DNA of 64,000 nt from a virus (taxonomy: Duplodnaviria > Caudoviricetes), in the IMG/VR virus record IMGVR_UViG_3300034349_000079, positions 1 to 64,000 of that record. One strand, 5' to 3'. The notes beneath the pieces are model-generated. The model was not told the DNA's origin. It ran no database searches and saw only the letters and a program-made list of their open reading frames with translations. Below are positions 1 through 9,788 of the stretch, one piece after another. Position 1 is the first letter of the stretch. Each line of letters begins with the position of its first letter. A program made the translations under genes and the position numbers.

Positions 1-271
1 CAACGCTTGCAGATTATGACATATTCCCTCTTGCCATAGAAAACAATAACTTTCTGTGTTTTTCTTTGCACATCTGCATAGCAGATGGAGCATACTCCAC
101 TTCTATCAAGCATACGATACTCAGGAACTCTATTTACTTGTGGCATAGCCATTTTTTTCGGTATTGGTAGCGGTATTACTGGCATTTGCGCCGGCTTAAG
201 AGAAGCATACGTGTACTGATCAAGTATTGAAGGAGACATGTATTGACCAAGTCTTTCAATTTTTATCTCCG

Positions 272-871
272 TCATACATTCAAGCTCTGTATCTTTGCTT
301 CATCCCATAATTCCGGACGGAGTCTTTTTAAAACTTCTCCTTGATCATCGCTTGAATAAGCGCGAATGAAAGCGTGTACCCATTCAGCAGCTATTTCTAG
401 ACTCTCCATAGACTGTTTTAACATGTAAATGGCATTTGTGTTTAGTCCGATAGCCTCATATTCAAGAGCATCATATGCTGCTGTACAAGCGTTATTTGCT
501 TCAATCAGTAAAACATGCAGTTGAAATAGCCTAGCATTACATTCATCAACGGCTATGACGCTTTCTAGGTCTTGAAAAGAATTGGCTATGAATTCTACTT
601 GACCAAGCATAAATTGAGCTATTTCTTGTAGGGCTATTTCTTGATTTTTATCAACAGTTTTACCAGCCTTAATGAGTTGATACAGCAGTTGCTGGAGTAA
701 GACTCTTGGTGTAAAATTACCCCAAAGCAAGGGTAGACTGACTGTAGCAGCCTGTACTTGCTGCAAAGAAGTCAGATACGCAATTACAGCGTGACTTTTT
801 CGATATACCTTGTGTCCAACTAAGATTGAGCCTAGGTCTGCTTTCTTCTCTCGCAATTCAGTAATCTTCAT
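272..871 (-). CDS. hypothetical protein
   Basis: 199-aa ORF colinear with the minus-strand gene run; no motif recognised. Confidence 0.75.
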   Translation of the reverse strand: MKITELREKKADLGSILVGHKVYRKSHAVIAYLTSLQQVQAATVSLPLLWGNFTPRVLLQQLLYQLIKAGKTVDKNQEIALQEIAQFMLGQVEFIANSFQDLESVIAVDECNARLFQLHVLLIEANNACTAAYDALEYEAIGLNTNAIYMLKQSMESLEIAAEWVHAFIRAYSSDDQGEVLKRLRPELWDEAKIQSLNV

Positions 872-883
872 GTCATTATTTTC

Positions 884-1579
884 CTATTCTAGTGACTCAG
901 TATTACGGTCCCAACGACGCCTAGTTATGGCCGGATGGCGCAAAGAACCGTCAGGTGTTTTATTGACGAAGCTTATTTCGAAAATACTGTTGATCAAAGT
1001 CGGGTCAGTAAACCAAGCGATACGACCAAATTTTGTAATTCCGCTCGATACTCGAATTGGGCGTCCATTTAGTTCAAAAAGTAAAACTCCAACCATACCT
1101 TTGTTGTATTTACCAACACCCTCCTCAAAACCAAGACAACGAAGATCGATAGTATACTTCGTTTTCACTTTGATCCACGCATCAGTAAATGGATTATGAA
1201 TTACGAGACCTTCATGTCCTTCTTTTACTACTTCTTTTAAACGATTTTCAATATAACTAGCCGATGGATTAGTTATAGTCCCTAAACTAAGTCTTTGATC
1301 TGTTTCAGGAGATAGTGTATAGAAATCAGACAAAAGAATTTCATCTTTTCGCGCTGAATTTTTTACGAGACTAACACTTTCGGCCCAATCAGTTCTATAG
1401 AATTCCCAAATGCCATCTTCGATAGCGTTAGAAGAAATAAACTCTTCTAAATTTTCAAAAACTTTTCCTCCTTTTGAATACGGAATTCCATCAGAAATTC
1501 TAACATCTACGCCGTCAATTTTTCGACTTAGTTCAAATACACCGAGTAAACTCTCGCCGGGCCAATTTTTGAATTTCAT
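884..1579 (-). CDS. compact ATP-dependent DNA ligase
   Basis: KIDG (motif I), EGLVI (IV), WIKVK (V), OB-fold tail VSSG...PDGSLRHP. Confidence 0.85.
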   Translation of the reverse strand: MKFKNWPGESLLGVFELSRKIDGVDVRISDGIPYSKGGKVFENLEEFISSNAIEDGIWEFYRTDWAESVSLVKNSARKDEILLSDFYTLSPETDQRLSLGTITNPSASYIENRLKEVVKEGHEGLVIHNPFTDAWIKVKTKYTIDLRCLGFEEGVGKYNKGMVGVLLFELNGRPIRVSSGITKFGRIAWFTDPTLINSIFEISFVNKTPDGSLRHPAITRRRWDRNTESLE

Positions 1580-2446
1580 TTATATTGCCATTTTCATAGG
1601 ATGTGATAATTTAGGATGTGGATCATAGTTGTTAAACCAACACCATTGTTCGAGAGGAATTGTAGTCTGTTCAAGAAAATGTAAATCTGAGCATCTAGGA
1701 TGAATAATTAGAGTCGGTTGCTTTCTTGGTTCTCGTTTAATTTGTTCGGTCAATGCTTCAATGTGATTAACATAAATATGATAGTTAAAAGCAAAGTATA
1801 ATAACTTACCAAAGTTATGGCCAGTTATTTGTGCCATTATAGCTAGTAACCAAGCATATTGTGTTACATTGAACGGCATTCCAAGTCCAACATCATTAGA
1901 ACGAACATACACAAAAAGATCTAACTTATCTTCGCGCAAACCAAATTGGTAAAACATATGGCAAGACGGTAAGGCCATCATATTTAGTTCTCCTGGATTC
2001 CAATAAGAAACTATTTCTCGCCTATTATCGATTCCAGCACAAAGATCTTCGTAGACTTTTGTAACTTGATCTACAGAATACCCTTTACTATCTGTACGCC
2101 ATTTTCTACCCTGAACGCCATAAATTCTTCCTAAATCATCTACACCTTTTCGATGAAAATTATTTAACCACGTATCATTTTTATTGGCGTTAGCATCCCA
2201 GACTTTAGTACCTAAAGTTCTAAAGTCGGCAGCATTATCATATCCGCGAATAAAACCTAATTGTTCAGCAAACGCCGATTTCCAAGCAATAGGTTTTGTT
2301 GTTAGAATAGGAAACCCTTCTGCAAGATTAAACTCTAGCAGTATTCCTAACTTATACAAAGTATCTATGCCGGTACGATTGCTAGCTCGCAATCCTGTAG
2401 CTAAAATGTCGCTCACTAAGGCTATATAGGCATTATCAAAATTCAT
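1580..2446 (-). CDS. thyA: thymidylate synthase
   Basis: MALPSCH catalytic Cys, RSNDVGLGMPFN, HIYVNH; start moved to MNFDNAY behind an AAGGAG RBS. Confidence 0.95.
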   Translation of the reverse strand: MNFDNAYIALVSDILATGLRASNRTGIDTLYKLGILLEFNLAEGFPILTTKPIAWKSAFAEQLGFIRGYDNAADFRTLGTKVWDANANKNDTWLNNFHRKGVDDLGRIYGVQGRKWRTDSKGYSVDQVTKVYEDLCAGIDNRREIVSYWNPGELNMMALPSCHMFYQFGLREDKLDLFVYVRSNDVGLGMPFNVTQYAWLLAIMAQITGHNFGKLLYFAFNYHIYVNHIEALTEQIKREPRKQPTLIIHPRCSDLHFLEQTTIPLEQWCWFNNYDPHPKLSHPMKMAI

Positions 2447-2487
2447 ATAAAACTCCTTGGTAGGCCATCCCTGGCCCAAAGTTCCGA

Positions 2488-3297
2488 TCAATAGTAATCG
2501 GAGTCTAGGTCCTGCTCGTCATCCTCTTCGTAATTCGGATCCAAGCTGCCACCATAGTTGATTCTGGCCTCATTGAAGTGACCAACCACCTCATCGGTGA
2601 TGTCCGTAAGAACTTCATACCCACGACAACGAAGTTTCGAATCGTTGTAATCCGTAGGAATAGTTCCAACGTCTTCAGGCCCAATAGCAACAGCCACGAT
2701 CCTATCACCATCGTTATAGTATGTACGCAGATAGTCTCTAGAACATGCATGATAGCCACGTGAACATGTGACGTTTGGGTCAGTGTCGACCTTAGACCAG
2801 TCCAACTTTGGAACTACCGTACCCGGAGCGTTCGAGATAGCTTTAGTACGCTTGTCCGAATAATCATTGCAGACAATCTTGAAAGCCAGAAACCGGCCAT
2901 CAGGTAAGATTGGCATCTTTGTAACTTCCATGAAGCGGAACATCCGTGAACGAGTATCATGGCTAGGATTCTCAAACAGCCGTTTGATGAAATTAACGAC
3001 TGGTTCGTAATTACCATCGTCGATAGCAGCACGAAGATAAACCGCCAGATCCATGGCAATCGGAGTACCCAGATAGGTATATCCACCGCCAGAAGTCTCG
3101 ATGCCTTCTTCAACCAGCTTAAGGAATAAATCCTCAGCCCGACCTTTGATGCTCAGCAGTTGTTTCAGTTCTTCCTCATCTTGCTCAAACAGAGCTTCTT
3201 TAACGGCAGCAAACCGTCTGTCAGAACATGAGACAGGGTAAGGAACGCCGTCTAGGACGATGATAACCTCGTCATCTCTTTTAATATAATTGATCAT
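2488..3297 (-). CDS. rIIB: rIIB-like protein
   Basis: LPDGRFLAFK...CSRGYHAC...IPTDYNDSKLRCRGYEV; adjacent to rIIA. Confidence 0.85.
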   Translation of the reverse strand: MINYIKRDDEVIIVLDGVPYPVSCSDRRFAAVKEALFEQDEEELKQLLSIKGRAEDLFLKLVEEGIETSGGGYTYLGTPIAMDLAVYLRAAIDDGNYEPVVNFIKRLFENPSHDTRSRMFRFMEVTKMPILPDGRFLAFKIVCNDYSDKRTKAISNAPGTVVPKLDWSKVDTDPNVTCSRGYHACSRDYLRTYYNDGDRIVAVAIGPEDVGTIPTDYNDSKLRCRGYEVLTDITDEVVGHFNEARINYGGSLDPNYEEDDEQDLDSDYY

Positions 3298-5486
3298 GTT
3301 GTAGATTTTTCTCCGATTAATTGATTGTTAATACGTTCCGCTGCTTTTAAAGCCCTAACAGCTTGGGCATTTTTTGACTTTGCTCCTGTTGGTTTGTTAT
3401 TAGTAAATTCTGCTACCTGTTCAGCCCAGGTAGAAACCGCTGTAAACAGAATATCATTTCCATTATAACCCCAACCACGAGTAGTCGGAAACTTCACGGC
3501 AATATCGTCGATGCGAGCCTTGATCAAAAGATTATTAGGTCCTCTAATTACTGGCGCTTTCTGAATTCCGTACTTATTACAGAGTGCTTCAAAACGAATT
3601 AACCAATCCGCTGGACCGTACGCTTTAACTGTCTGCAAGTTGGATCCGTAGCCAATGACATTATTAACCTGAAGCGAATGAAAAAAGCTTCTGCGTTGTA
3701 CATAGGCAGACTTTAAAAAAGCATCAATCCATACATCAAGTTCAGAAAGTGGCTTGAAGGCTTTCTCGACAGTCTTAGTTCCACGAGATGCCGGAAGCCC
3801 GATGATTACTGGGCGCTTATACTCTGGAATAAGATCTTTAAATTCTAAAAATCTCATAAGTATAGCCGCCCCTACGCCATCGACACACCCAACTCTTGTA
3901 GCGACCCAGTAGACCTCTTTTTTTAGAGCCTTAAGAGATTGGATATTATGCGTAGCTGAATTCCAATCAACTTTGTGCTCACCTGAAGAAAGTCCATTAT
4001 ACACAAGGATATTATGTTTTGGATCTTGTATAGACTTTACAACTACTCTTGTTCGTCTCATTCGCTCGACCGCGGGAGACCTACTTAAAGCCTCTTCATC
4101 TCGCTCTTTTCTAAATGCTGCAACTTCTGCATCAAGATCCCATACTGGGAATTTATTAAGGATATCAAGAATCTGTGGATCTGTACCATACTCTTTGTCG
4201 ATTACTAGTAAAGTAGTTTTTTTAGGGAAATCTGCTGGAAATTCATAATACCTACGCCCACTACCAAGATAATCAGTCAGATCAAACTGAATAAGCTTTG
4301 CAACATAAATAGGTTCTGTTTGTTCGGAATGCCTATGAATAAGATCTAAGTAGTTATTTGATTGGTTTGGAACCTCCGTCTTTTCCCAATAATGCTTGGA
4401 CTCGTGCTGACGAATATATCTAGCACGAACTTTCAGGTTCGCTTTATCTTCGGGGAGAGTACCAAGTAATCGATACCTAAAAGTATCTTGCTCGAAATCA
4501 AGCTCCTCTTCAGCGAATAATTTATTGATGCCACGTTGTAGATCAGCCAAAAAGGTACTAATTGCACGCGGAGTAACGTTTACATACTCTCTACTTGGAT
4601 GTACAGGATATTCTCCAATAGAAGAAAGTATTTCAACGTGGTTGTTCTTGGTGATATTATCGACGATGCTAACCGCATTAACAGTTTTACCACCGATATT
4701 CAATGTGAGACTTTTTGCCTGAATAAAATCCTTGACGGTCTTCAATTCCATTTTATAGGCGACAAATCCCATGATTATGGAAATACCATTTCCGGCGCGC
4801 AAAGTTATAGGACCAAGTACTTGCTCTGCGTGTAGTTCCAAATCTTTGAAGACAATTCCATGTTGATCACCGAGTAGAACATACTTTTCTTTTGGAATCC
4901 TTGGAAGGATATTAAGCGCAGCTTGTCTAAATTGGATATAATCATTCGAACTCGACGTTGTGTATTGGACCTTGATTCCTGTCGATTCCGTAGTATCGAT
5001 ACACGATATGAGATCCACACAAGGTAGATTATCTTCATTGTAATACACAATGTAGATTCTAGCCTTTGTTCCACCATCCTCATTATGATATGAAGTAACA
5101 GTAAAGGACGTTGTGTAAGCTAGTGGACTCTTAGTACCAAGACCAAGGCCACCATGTACTTCATTACTACCACGTCTACTACTATTACCATAGTCGAGGT
5201 ATATCGCCATGAAGTCTTCATGAGACAACCCAGTACCAAAGTCGCGGATTGAAAACTGCTCCTGCCAAATAGTTGGAAGCAGAATCTCAACTGGTCGGTC
5301 TACGCAAGATTCAATGTGCGCATCTAACGCATTGATAAGCACTTCTCGAAACGGACTCTCCACATTTTTTTGGTACAAATCTTTTGATAAGACGTGCAAA
5401 ATGACAGGATTAAGTGAAATACTCGCTACTTTATGGTCTAGAACTTCAGAAGTTTGAACTGCGCTTTTGAGCGCGTTTACTATCAT
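3294..5486 (-). CDS. rIIA: rIIA-like protein (N-terminal GHKL ATPase)
   Basis: REVLINALDAH, IRDFGTGLS, GGLGLGTKS; 730 aa, ATGA-coupled to rIIB. Confidence 0.85.
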   Translation of the reverse strand: MIVNALKSAVQTSEVLDHKVASISLNPVILHVLSKDLYQKNVESPFREVLINALDAHIESCVDRPVEILLPTIWQEQFSIRDFGTGLSHEDFMAIYLDYGNSSRRGSNEVHGGLGLGTKSPLAYTTSFTVTSYHNEDGGTKARIYIVYYNEDNLPCVDLISCIDTTESTGIKVQYTTSSSNDYIQFRQAALNILPRIPKEKYVLLGDQHGIVFKDLELHAEQVLGPITLRAGNGISIIMGFVAYKMELKTVKDFIQAKSLTLNIGGKTVNAVSIVDNITKNNHVEILSSIGEYPVHPSREYVNVTPRAISTFLADLQRGINKLFAEEELDFEQDTFRYRLLGTLPEDKANLKVRARYIRQHESKHYWEKTEVPNQSNNYLDLIHRHSEQTEPIYVAKLIQFDLTDYLGSGRRYYEFPADFPKKTTLLVIDKEYGTDPQILDILNKFPVWDLDAEVAAFRKERDEEALSRSPAVERMRRTRVVVKSIQDPKHNILVYNGLSSGEHKVDWNSATHNIQSLKALKKEVYWVATRVGCVDGVGAAILMRFLEFKDLIPEYKRPVIIGLPASRGTKTVEKAFKPLSELDVWIDAFLKSAYVQRRSFFHSLQVNNVIGYGSNLQTVKAYGPADWLIRFEALCNKYGIQKAPVIRGPNNLLIKARIDDIAVKFPTTRGWGYNGNDILFTAVSTWAEQVAEFTNNKPTGAKSKNAQAVRALKAAERINNQLIGEKSTT

Positions 5487-5809
5487 TGTAGTTTGCTCTC
5501 ATCGAAAGGAGGAAAAAATGTCTTCACAGTCTCAACTTGCATTTTTCCTGCAAGGAAATACCGAATCCAGATTGTTCCTTTCGGTTCTTCATGACTATAG
5601 ACAGTGAGTAGGTGCGTTGGAAATACATCGGATACTTTCCTCATGTCAGGAACTAAAGTATCCCACCAAGTATCACCCTGATTCTTTGCGAACATATCTT
5701 CGCACTCAGGACACTCCCTGATTCGTTCAACGATTTTTAGCCGAGTGTCCTTATCAGTATCAGGAGTGAATTTTATCTTATATTTGATGTAACTTATCTC
5801 TTTGTTCAT
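5483..5809 (-). CDS. hypothetical protein
   Basis: 108-aa ORF translationally coupled to rIIA. Confidence 0.7.
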   Translation of the reverse strand: MNKEISYIKYKIKFTPDTDKDTRLKIVERIRECPECEDMFAKNQGDTWWDTLVPDMRKVSDVFPTHLLTVYSHEEPKGTIWIRYFLAGKMQVETVKTFFPPFDESKLQ

Positions 5810-5825
5810 GTTTATTTTGCCATAA

Positions 5826-6245
5826 TTAGGAAATTTGATTTCCTGTAAGACACTTCGATAAATAATCTGCTAAGGTCTTTATAGGAAGAAAAAGGTTAAT
5901 CATTGGGTCAAAGCTAAATGGATAAGGCAGAAGACAGGCGATTGTTGTACGCCCCATACCTGATCCCACTAAAACCCTTACTTTTTGATTATTTTTGTTA
6001 GCCCGCTCTAACCAAAGTCGTTGGGCGATCCATGATTTTGTGTTACAGATATCAGCAGGTAATACAACCTCAGTCCAAGGAATTTCGATCCATTTGTGCT
6101 CAATCCAGAATATGCAAGAAGAACCCTCATAAAGAAAATCTGGTGTACCAGAACGAAATGGATTATTCATTTTCTCAAAGTAGACATCCTTGTCTAACTT
6201 TGAATTGAATAGCCGAGAAAATCTAGTCTCAGGTTTCCCAGCCAT
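5826..6245 (-). CDS. PD-(D/E)xK nuclease (VRR-NUC / Holliday junction resolvase-like)
   Basis: E...GTPD...WIEHK motif. Confidence 0.75.
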   Translation of the reverse strand: MAGKPETRFSRLFNSKLDKDVYFEKMNNPFRSGTPDFLYEGSSCIFWIEHKWIEIPWTEVVLPADICNTKSWIAQRLWLERANKNNQKVRVLVGSGMGRTTIACLLPYPFSFDPMINLFLPIKTLADYLSKCLTGNQIS

Positions 6246-6401
6246 TCTCTGCTTCTTCGCCTTTGTAGTACTCCTTCAAGGCATCGTCATACCATTTCCA
6301 GTTATCACCTCCGCCACGCTCAAGAGCTTCAAGTTTTCTACTGTCATCAATGAGTTTTTTGTACTCACTATCTTCTAGAACAATTTGTTGCGTTAATTTG
6401 A

Positions 6402-6782
6402 TCATATTGCTGTAGCCTTCTCAAAAGAGCGTCTTAGATCTTCATCTTCCTCACTTTCCTCTCTATCTAAATCTCCTAGAAGATAGCCACCAGGTGGTTC
6501 CCACTGCTCACCTTGTTTAAACTGCTCAAACAGTTCTGCTACCTCTTCAGTTTCTTGAATCGGGAGCACTTGTGGCGAAGAAGAACTTTCTCTTTGATAT
6601 TTTTGCCAGGCGAGGAGTACCTTTTTGTATTGAGTCTTTAATTTCGGTGTTTGAGTATAACCGTCGATAAAGATGTCAATTTCTTCGGTATCAACTTTGC
6701 TAAGCTCATGCAGTAGCATTTCGCGCTCAGTTGAGAAACTGGTACCATCGTCGGCAACCCAAACTATTGTAGATTTACCCAT
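6402..6782 (-). CDS. hypothetical protein
   Basis: 126-aa ORF with acidic C-terminus. Confidence 0.7.
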   Translation of the reverse strand: MGKSTIVWVADDGTSFSTEREMLLHELSKVDTEEIDIFIDGYTQTPKLKTQYKKVLLAWQKYQRESSSSPQVLPIQETEEVAELFEQFKQGEQWEPPGGYLLGDLDREESEEDEDLRRSFEKATAI

Positions 6783-6784
6783 GT

Positions 6785-7621
6785 TTAGCGCTCCCGAGCC
6801 TTTCTAATTATCTCTGGTTCAGTATTAGCATTACTAGGTTCAACCGGAATACCACGCTTGTATGCATCAATCGCACGAGCCGTAAGCATATCAGTTGCTT
6901 CATCAAGCCGGTTCGCCAGGTTTGTAATAAGTTCTCTGCTGACAGGGCTTGTTGCGACGAATTCTTGTGCCCACTTATCTTTCTCACCCATACTAAATCG
7001 GACATATACAGTAATAGTATGACCAAATTTGGCATTGATGGTTGCTAGGAAGCCATCAGCAACTTTAGCATTGGCTTTCTTAGCCTCAAGGAGAAGAAAG
7101 TCTTCTCCAACTGCTGGAACATAAACAGCGAGAAGGACATGCTCAGAGCATTCCTTACCACGGCCTTTACCGCCTTTGTCTGAACCCCATTCGAATTTGC
7201 TGCATGGAGTACCACATGGCCCAGCACAATATGGCGCTATTACAGAAGCATGAGGGGATAGATTTTCGTTCTTTGCATCAAACGCTCCTTCAAGGATCGC
7301 AAAGCAGTCCACTGGATTGTTCTTACCTTCTTCATAGGATCCTGCATAATGAATGTTGCAGTGCTTTGCAGCGACAATAATACCCGTGAAAGACTGTGTC
7401 TCAGTACTATCAGCATCAGGTAAAATGAACGCCTTAGCATCAAGGCGAATTTTATTAATGGTTATAGCAGCCGAGTTTTTCAGTTGCTCAGAGTATGATG
7501 CAATCTTGCGTTGAAGTGCTTCAGGGAGAAAAGTTAAAGAAAAGACTTCATCGACAGGAGCCAGTTCATTAGCTGAGATTAGATCAGTAATATCTGTCAT
7601 ATAGTTTCCTATGTTGTTCAT
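6785..7621 (-). CDS. hypothetical protein, possibly ssDNA-binding/annealing
   Basis: 278-aa ORF with Cys cluster (C-x3-C...C...C) in the replication module; function is inference. Confidence 0.55.
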   Translation of the reverse strand: MNNIGNYMTDITDLISANELAPVDEVFSLTFLPEALQRKIASYSEQLKNSAAITINKIRLDAKAFILPDADSTETQSFTGIIVAAKHCNIHYAGSYEEGKNNPVDCFAILEGAFDAKNENLSPHASVIAPYCAGPCGTPCSKFEWGSDKGGKGRGKECSEHVLLAVYVPAVGEDFLLLEAKKANAKVADGFLATINAKFGHTITVYVRFSMGEKDKWAQEFVATSPVSRELITNLANRLDEATDMLTARAIDAYKRGIPVEPSNANTEPEIIRKARER

Positions 7622-7650
7622 TGTTTGAAAACGTCCTTGTTGTAATGGTA

Positions 7651-8373
7651 CTATCTATGTACTTGGTTAATTCGAGTTTTCGTCACGACGACAATTCCAG
7701 GAATAGAATAAAATGTTTCTAATTCCTCTAAGACTCCTTCTTTCAATCGATTTGCCAAGGTTAATGCCAGTAGCTTGGTTCCGAAAACTTCTTGTGGCGG
7801 TTTATCGTCCATATTTTCGTATAGTTTACAAAAAACTGCCGCACAAGATTCAGCATCATACTCGGCTGCCTCGAGAAAGTCCAGAAATTCTTTTTTTTCC
7901 AGCGCGAAAATTGCGAGTTCCTCTTGAATGGTTTTTACAGCGACTCGTTTTTGATACAAATACAGTTTATGGGTCCTTAAAACGTACCGTTCGAAAGCTG
8001 TTTGATCATCGATTTGCGGATAATTGAAGTCCCTTGACTTAGAGATTGTGTAAGTTGAGGTCTTAGTACCCTCAGATTTTCTTTCGTCGAACCTCTCAAG
8101 AAACTCCTGATCGATGGAGTCCCGCTCGGCACGAAGAGCTTCACTTGCACGTTCGCAGATTGCGATTTCTCCTTTAATGGCATATCTACGAGTAGCTAGC
8201 CATTCATCATCTCGATCAGCTAGTAAAGGTGCTTTTTTGGCCTCAAATTCTTGCTCTGGAGCAGATACAGGAACTGAATTTAAAACAGCCATGACTGGTT
8301 GTTGCGTCAATTTTGCAAAAGAGAAAAGATCCTCTACGAATGAGTCAGAAAATAAATCAGGTTTTTCCAACAT
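7651..8373 (-). CDS. hypothetical phage protein
   Basis: 240-aa ORF with AGGA RBS. Confidence 0.7.
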   Translation of the reverse strand: MLEKPDLFSDSFVEDLFSFAKLTQQPVMAVLNSVPVSAPEQEFEAKKAPLLADRDDEWLATRRYAIKGEIAICERASEALRAERDSIDQEFLERFDERKSEGTKTSTYTISKSRDFNYPQIDDQTAFERYVLRTHKLYLYQKRVAVKTIQEELAIFALEKKEFLDFLEAAEYDAESCAAVFCKLYENMDDKPPQEVFGTKLLALTLANRLKEGVLEELETFYSIPGIVVVTKTRINQVHR

Positions 8374-8539
8374 TTCCTACTCCTAGTAGTTTGGATTGAT
8401 TTATCTTAAGTGCTTTAGCTAGTAAGCTAAAGTTATCATCAGCCGGAAAATACTTCGCAGCTAAGTAACCACGAATAGTGCTTACTGGAATCCCTGAAGC
8501 AAGAGCTAGTTGATTTACAGTAGTCTTTTTCAATAACAT
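8357..8539 (-). CDS. XRE-family helix-turn-helix regulator
   Basis: TVNQLALASGIPVSTIRGYL...LLAKAL; probable start MLLKK. Confidence 0.75.
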   Translation of the reverse strand: MLLKKTTVNQLALASGIPVSTIRGYLAAKYFPADDNFSLLAKALKINQSKLLGVGNVGKT

Positions 8540-8568
8540 ATATCTAGCAAGTTCTGCGCTAAAAATAG

Positions 8569-9294
8569 CTAGTGCTGGTGGTATATTACATACTCTTGGT
8601 TTAGGTCCCAACACGCGCGGCATTGGCCACACTGATTTTGTTGGTAGCGGGACGGACATATATGGGCATCCTTTATTGGTTCATTGTTCTTGACGTTATA
8701 AACAGCGGAGTTTACAACTCCAACTATTGTCGTTGTTTGTTTCTCGTTTATTTTGGTCGACGAGATTCGTATTGTGAGATTTGGAGCAATCTGTTTACTT
8801 AGCGCTGAGACATAGTTCCTTTGTTGAGTTGGAAGCCATACGTTTACATAAGGTTCTATGTTCCAAGCGATTTGATTAATATCCTCCATCATCTGAGTTG
8901 ATTGAACATCGCCCGAATCAAAGAAACGAAAGTATTGATATTTATCTGCTAGATATAGCAGTCGTATACTCATTAAAATAACCCAATCCTTGTCATTTTT
9001 CCAACCATAGTAGCGATTATGCAAGGCGCTTTTGACCGTTTCAAAGGAGTACCTTCCTTTTAACGCATAACATGTGGAACAAGGAGTTCCAGGAATTTTG
9101 CGCAAGGTAGATCCAACTTGGCATTTAGTTGCAGAGATGGACCACGAGGGTCCTGGCATCTTTGAAGTGAAACTGAGAGTTCCGATCCGTTTATCGATCT
9201 CTTCAAGTATTTTTGTTTTCGATGTTGCTTGTAAGTTAGTTTGTAAGGTTGTCTGTAAAGCAGTAATTTTGCGATTTACAGGCGTATCTTCGAT
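8569..9294 (-). CDS. gp88-family Cys-rich (radical-SAM-like) protein
   Basis: TSKMPG-SWSI, C-x12-C-x2-CYA, FRFFDSGD, C-terminal C-x2-C-x2-CW; frame is open to 9316; probable start is an ATC at 9294 (first ATG is at 9159). Confidence 0.7.
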   Translation of the reverse strand: MEDTPVNRKITALQTTLQTNLQATSKTKILEEIDKRIGTLSFTSKMPGPSWSISATKCQVGSTLRKIPGTPCSTCYALKGRYSFETVKSALHNRYYGWKNDKDWVILMSIRLLYLADKYQYFRFFDSGDVQSTQMMEDINQIAWNIEPYVNVWLPTQQRNYVSALSKQIAPNLTIRISSTKINEKQTTTIVGVVNSAVYNVKNNEPIKDAHICPSRYQQNQCGQCRACWDLNQEYVIYHQH

Positions 9295-9369
9295 AGTATT
9301 CTCCTCAACTGGCGACTAGCTGATATATTTGGTCTTTACTTTCCTAGATAGACGATTCGTGATGTATAG

Positions 9370-9518
9370 AGGAACTAGATAGGACTCGAACCTATTTGAT
9401 CGGGGCATATTGAATTATCCAATAGTACACATGTGCACTGTGTAGTATCCTTTCTTTCGTTACCTGTTCCGAGACGGTCAGTAATCCGTTCTGCCTACCC
9501 ATAGCCGTTACAAGTTCC
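9370..9518 (-). ncRNA. oversized tRNA-like RNA A (8-bp acceptor, T-arm, ~115-nt interior)
   Basis: GGAACTTG/CTAGTTCC stem, ATAGG-TTCGAGT-CCTAT T-arm. Confidence 0.55.
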
Positions 9519-9533
9519 TCTATGCACCATAAA

Positions 9534-9623
9534 GGGAAGGTCAACCTAGGAATCGAACCTAGTATAACAGAGATCGTTATGCACTTGATCTCCACTGCTA
9601 TCCTGTTTGCCCGGGCCCCTTCC
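9534..9623 (-). ncRNA. tRNA-like RNA B with a long hairpin in place of the anticodon arm
   Basis: GGAAGG/CCTTCC stem, CTAGG-TTCGATT-CCTAG T-arm, ATAGCA..GAGATC/GATCTC..TGTTAT hairpin. Confidence 0.5.
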
Positions 9624-9712
9624 GCACCCTGTCTCTTTCCATAAGATGACCCAAATACAAATGCTATTACCTGGCCAGATAATTCGCTTTGTACCAAGAT
9701 GTTGACCATAAT

Positions 9713-9778
9713 TGGTGGACAATAGCGGTGTCGAACCGCTTATTCCTACGTGATAGGAAGTATTCCCGATAATTGCCC
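9713..9778 (-). ncRNA. D-stemless tRNA-like RNA C (G3:U70, A73, CCA)
   Basis: GGGCAAT/ATTGTCC-A-CCA, 12-nt TATCGGGAATAC loop, TTCCTAT/GTAGGAA hairpin, AGCGG/CCGCT T-arm. Confidence 0.7.
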
Positions 9779-9788
9779 ATAGTTTGAT

